Below, one piece after another: positions 60,861 to 64,000 of a stretch of DNA of 64,000 nt. Under the pieces are notes generated by a model. That model was not told the DNA's origin. It searched no databases and saw only the letters and a program-made list of their open reading frames with translations. Location of the stretch: NCBI GenBank assembly GCA_043101845.1, contig JBICHN010000007.1, forward strand, positions 38,224 to 102,223, given 5' to 3'. This stretch comes from Phycisphaerales bacterium (lineage in GTDB: Bacteria > Planctomycetota > Phycisphaerae > Phycisphaerales > UBA5793). A program made the position numbers and the translations under genes. Numbering within the stretch: position 1 is the first letter of the stretch; each line of letters begins with the position of its first letter.

Positions 60861-62858
60861 TCACCCCACGCCCGCCTCCGCGAGGATTTCGCGTTCGACA
60901 TACCGTCGGAAGTCGCGGGCGCGGGTGAAGCAGCGGTAGCCGATCTGGTTCGCGAACGCGATCGTCTCCGCCGGCTCGTTGAGCAGCACCGCGACCGGCT
61001 CGCTCAACTCTTCGCGCAATCCCGCCGGCCAGACGAGGTCGAACACGGCGCGCTGCTCGCCGGTCTCCACGTCGGCGTACTCGTACCCCATCTCGCCCTC
61101 GGTCAGGCCCTGCTCGACGACCCAGGCGTTGATCGCTTCGAGTTCGCGCTCCTCGTCTTCGCTCGAGATGCCGCCGAGCACGACCACCTCGGGCGCACGC
61201 CCCGCCGTCGACGCTTCGTCATCATCGGCCGCCGCGGTCACCGGCGCCGTCGCGTCGGCGTCCATCCAGTGCGTCTCGCCGTGCAGCAGTTCCGCGAGCT
61301 GCCGGTTCGCCTGCGCTGCGAGCAGTTCCCGCCGCGCTTCGAGGAAGTCGAGGTACCGGTCCAGCTTCCAGAGCGCCGGGTCCTGCGGGATCCACTGCGA
61401 CGCGAGCGCCCCCGGATGCGCCTTCTCCACCTCGCGGAAATACTCCTCGGGGAATCGATGGCTGATGTCGAGGTTCGTCTCTTTCGTGAGGAAGCAGAAG
61501 TTCGCGATCGCGTTGACCTCGGCGCGCCGATGCCCCGCCGCGTAGAGGCGCGCCTTCGGAAAGATGTGGTGCACTTCGAGGCGGCTCATCTTGCCGAGCA
61601 GACTCGCCTTGAGCGGCAGACCCGTGCCCCAGTCGCGCGCCTCGCCCATCCGCGTGAGCATGTAGAGCACCGGATAGAAGCGCGCGCCGAGGCTCGCCCC
61701 GCTGAAGTGACCCGGGCGCACGCGCAACTGGCCGTGCCAGAGACGCAACTGTTCGAGCAGTTTGTCGACGCCGCCGTCGGGTCCTTCGAGCGCTGCGAGA
61801 TCCTGGTCGATGTACGACTCGGTCGATCCGGAGAAGCGCCCCCACATGCCCGCCTGGGCGAACCAGAAGAGGAGCTTGTCGCGTTCGCGATCACTCAACT
61901 GCTTCGGCCGCTCGTCGAGGTAGCGCACCATGACCGGCACGGCGAAGCGGCCGAAGAAGACGCGATTGTGATCGAGGCCGAGTCGGCCCGCGATGAGGTT
62001 GAGGCAGTAGTCGATGTGCTTCGTCGCGCGCTCGAGCGCCTCGCGCACCTCTTCAGCGTCACGATCGTGCAGATGCTGAAACTTCGCCTCGCCGGTAAGA
62101 ACGGTGTTCACCGACCGGAGCAGCCAGTCGAGGTTGAAGCGGTACCCGGCCTTCTTCCATTCCTTGAGCTTCACCTTCATCGTGTCGCGCGCCTCGGGCC
62201 AGTCGGCGCAGATCTTCGCGAGCGCGAGGTCGCCCTTTGAAAGCTTCGTGCCGCCGCTGTTCACGCGGTTGAAGATGTCGACGACGATATCGATCGACTT
62301 GTCGGCGCCCGTGACCTCCTCGACATGGAGGTCGATGTCGACAATCCCGATGAGCCTCGAGATGCGCCCGACATACTCACCCACGCGCGGCGCCAGTTCC
62401 GGGTTCGCGCTCAGCCGCCCGACGAGCGGGCCGATGCCCTCGTTCCCGGCCTTCATGAGTTCGGTGACATCGATCCAGAGCGGATCATCCTTCATCTTGA
62501 CCGGCTGGAAGAACTCGAAGACCTCGTTCTCGAGATGGAACATGAGTCCGGTGAAGGCCTTCGCCTTGCCGTCGAAGAACTTCGGCGGCCGGCCGCGCAC
62601 GACGCCGTACAGCGAGGTCATGCGCTGCTGTCCGTCGAGGAGGAGCTTCACGACGCCGGGCGCGAGTTGCCCGTCGCCGCGATGCGTCGCGGACTTCGAC
62701 TCGGTCGCCCAGACGAGCAGCCCGCCGACGGGGTGGCGGCGGTAGAGGGAATCGAACAGGCCGCGGACCTGGTCGCGGCCCCAGACATAGCCGCGCTGGA
62801 ATTCGGGCAGGGCCATGTGTCCGGAATCGATGTGGTCGAGGACGGTGGAGATTTTCAT
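60861..62858 (-). CDS. GmrSD-like type IV restriction endonuclease (DUF262 + DUF1524)
   Basis: N-terminal DUF262 motifs (LPEFQRGYVW, DGQQR) and C-terminal DUF1524 HNH-like motif (EVHHIFPKA); start at MKISTVLDH (CAT at 62856-62858). Confidence 0.8.
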   Translation of the reverse strand: MKISTVLDHIDSGHMALPEFQRGYVWGRDQVRGLFDSLYRRHPVGGLLVWATESKSATHRGDGQLAPGVVKLLLDGQQRMTSLYGVVRGRPPKFFDGKAKAFTGLMFHLENEVFEFFQPVKMKDDPLWIDVTELMKAGNEGIGPLVGRLSANPELAPRVGEYVGRISRLIGIVDIDLHVEEVTGADKSIDIVVDIFNRVNSGGTKLSKGDLALAKICADWPEARDTMKVKLKEWKKAGYRFNLDWLLRSVNTVLTGEAKFQHLHDRDAEEVREALERATKHIDYCLNLIAGRLGLDHNRVFFGRFAVPVMVRYLDERPKQLSDRERDKLLFWFAQAGMWGRFSGSTESYIDQDLAALEGPDGGVDKLLEQLRLWHGQLRVRPGHFSGASLGARFYPVLYMLTRMGEARDWGTGLPLKASLLGKMSRLEVHHIFPKARLYAAGHRRAEVNAIANFCFLTKETNLDISHRFPEEYFREVEKAHPGALASQWIPQDPALWKLDRYLDFLEARRELLAAQANRQLAELLHGETHWMDADATAPVTAAADDDEASTAGRAPEVVVLGGISSEDEERELEAINAWVVEQGLTEGEMGYEYADVETGEQRAVFDLVWPAGLREELSEPVAVLLNEPAETIAFANQIGYRCFTRARDFRRYVEREILAEAGVG

Positions 62859-63542
62859 GGGGGTGGGGGTTCCTCGAGTTCGGGGACTGGGTCGGCGTGT
62901 GTCGGGTCTGTGGTCCTCTTGTGATCGTCGCGGCGACCGCTCCGAGGCGGGCGCCGCCACGCGACGCGACGCGACGCATTGTGTCACAAGGTAGCAGAAA
63001 TTGGGGGTGGGGGAAGGGGGATACCAGTCGACCTCGAGCTTGACACGTCAGCCAAGACTCTCGCATCGACAGTCTCCAACTGACGGAAGGGCGGGACGCC
63101 TGATTCGAGCAGTTCGTCAACTGTGATATCGCGCCAGCCTTGCGCACGCACGATTCCAAATCGTCCGGAAGTGGCACTGGGACGACGCCAGCGAGCGATC
63201 TTCATGCGACGCAGTTCACATAGACCTTCCCAATACTCGATCCATCGCTCTTCGAACTTCGCTCCGACCTGCCAGCCTCGCGGTCGGCGGCATCTTCCGT
63301 CGAAGATCGATCCATCCTTTGCGTACGGGACGCTTATCAACATGACATCGCTATTTGCCACAGTTTCTCCTTTCAAAGGGGATTAAGGCGACAGAATGGG
63401 CGATGCTGGTGCATCGCCCATGCGTTTCAGGTACTCAAATGCATGTGATGACTGATTGAGAGAGGCAGCAGTTGTCGTCGCCGCCGTCTTTGGATTGTGC
63501 GTCGAATCTACCCTCCGTGGGATGTTCTGGCTTCGGCAAATG

Positions 63543-63625
63543 ATCGTGGCGCGCACTGCGGGACCCGGCGCTTGGCGCGCGCGGCGGGACCCGGCGCTTG
63601 GCGCGCGCGGCGGAATCCGGCGCTT
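63543..63625. repeat. Tandem ~27-bp repeat x3 (gggacccggcgcttggcgcgcgcggcg)
   Basis: Directly visible tandem copies. Confidence 0.7.
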
Positions 63626-64000
63626 GGCGCGGAAATGGCGTGATTCGGTCATTCTGCGCCAGGCATCGGGTGCGCCGAGGAGGTAGGTCCCTCTACTTAA
63701 CGGGGCGCGGACATTCCTTGAGACCGAATCTCCGTCATCTCAGCCATTCAGTTGGTTGGTCGAGCAGGTAGCGCCTGGGTTGTGCTTCCGCATGGACCGA
63801 GTGTCAGCGGCAGTAGGGCATGCCCTCTAGTCCCGATGTTGCCGTCCTCACGCACCTTCCTCCGGATCCGGCTTCGGCGCCACATGCCGTAGTTCTTGAA
63901 CCGCGTGTCCTCCGACGCTTCATCGCGCGGCTTGCAGCGGTAGCTGAATGGCGAATTGGCGACGACGGCGTCGAACCGCGGCTTGTGCGCCGGGTTGGTC

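Noticed and set aside
62984-63376. 130-aa minus-strand ORF upstream of the GmrSD gene
   Set aside because: No recognisable domain and weak coding signal. Kept out of the feature list at low confidence; could be a small real gene.

Overview
This is a high-GC (~68-70%) bacterial chromosomal window. The gene scatter (atpD and sucC each standing alone) and a 16S rRNA gene not followed by ITS tRNAs or 23S within 6 kb are consistent with a Planctomycetota-like genome, but that is inference. Long antisense shadow ORFs accompany almost every real gene and were discarded.

Gene content, 5' to 3':
- A putative aromatic-amine/kynurenine-type catabolic cluster: cyclase/KynB-like, RidA, aldehyde dehydrogenase and SDR.
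- Two secreted HAF-like repeat proteins.
- trpD, a standalone atpD, a YkgJ Cys-cluster protein, an FG-GAP repeat protein and a standalone sucC.
- Two M1-family metallopeptidases.
- A histidine-phosphatase/NTF2 fusion, a HAD hydrolase and a giant 2526-aa multi-PAS/GAF HWE-type histidine kinase translationally coupled to a single-domain response regulator.
- A HIBADH-family dehydrogenase, the rplM-rpsI operon, a flotillin, an FHA-GspE-type ATPase, a TlpA-TPR thioredoxin, ComF and a flavin-halogenase-like oxidoreductase.

The most interesting part is the 3' third of the window:
- A ~5.4 kb compositionally atypical (lower-GC) island at 46.6-52.0 kb carries a tightly overlapping three-gene operon. 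It encodes a TGT-fold (DpdA-like) protein with an unknown N-terminal domain, a UvrD-like SF1 helicase, and a Cas4/RecB-like PD-(D/E)xK Fe-S nuclease.
- The island is preceded by 110-bp tandem repeats and abuts a convergent queD, the 7-deazaguanine precursor synthase gene. This suggests a novel minimal 7-deazaguanine DNA-modification/defence system.
- Further 3' are an ECF sigma/LRR pair, the orphan 16S rRNA gene with a strong promoter, and two type IV restriction enzymes (Mrr-like and GmrSD-like).

The intergenic DNA is unusually rich in repeat families:
- A 200-400 bp composite structured element is present four times, each copy starting at a stop codon.
- A ~45-bp hairpin repeat.
- Several minisatellites.
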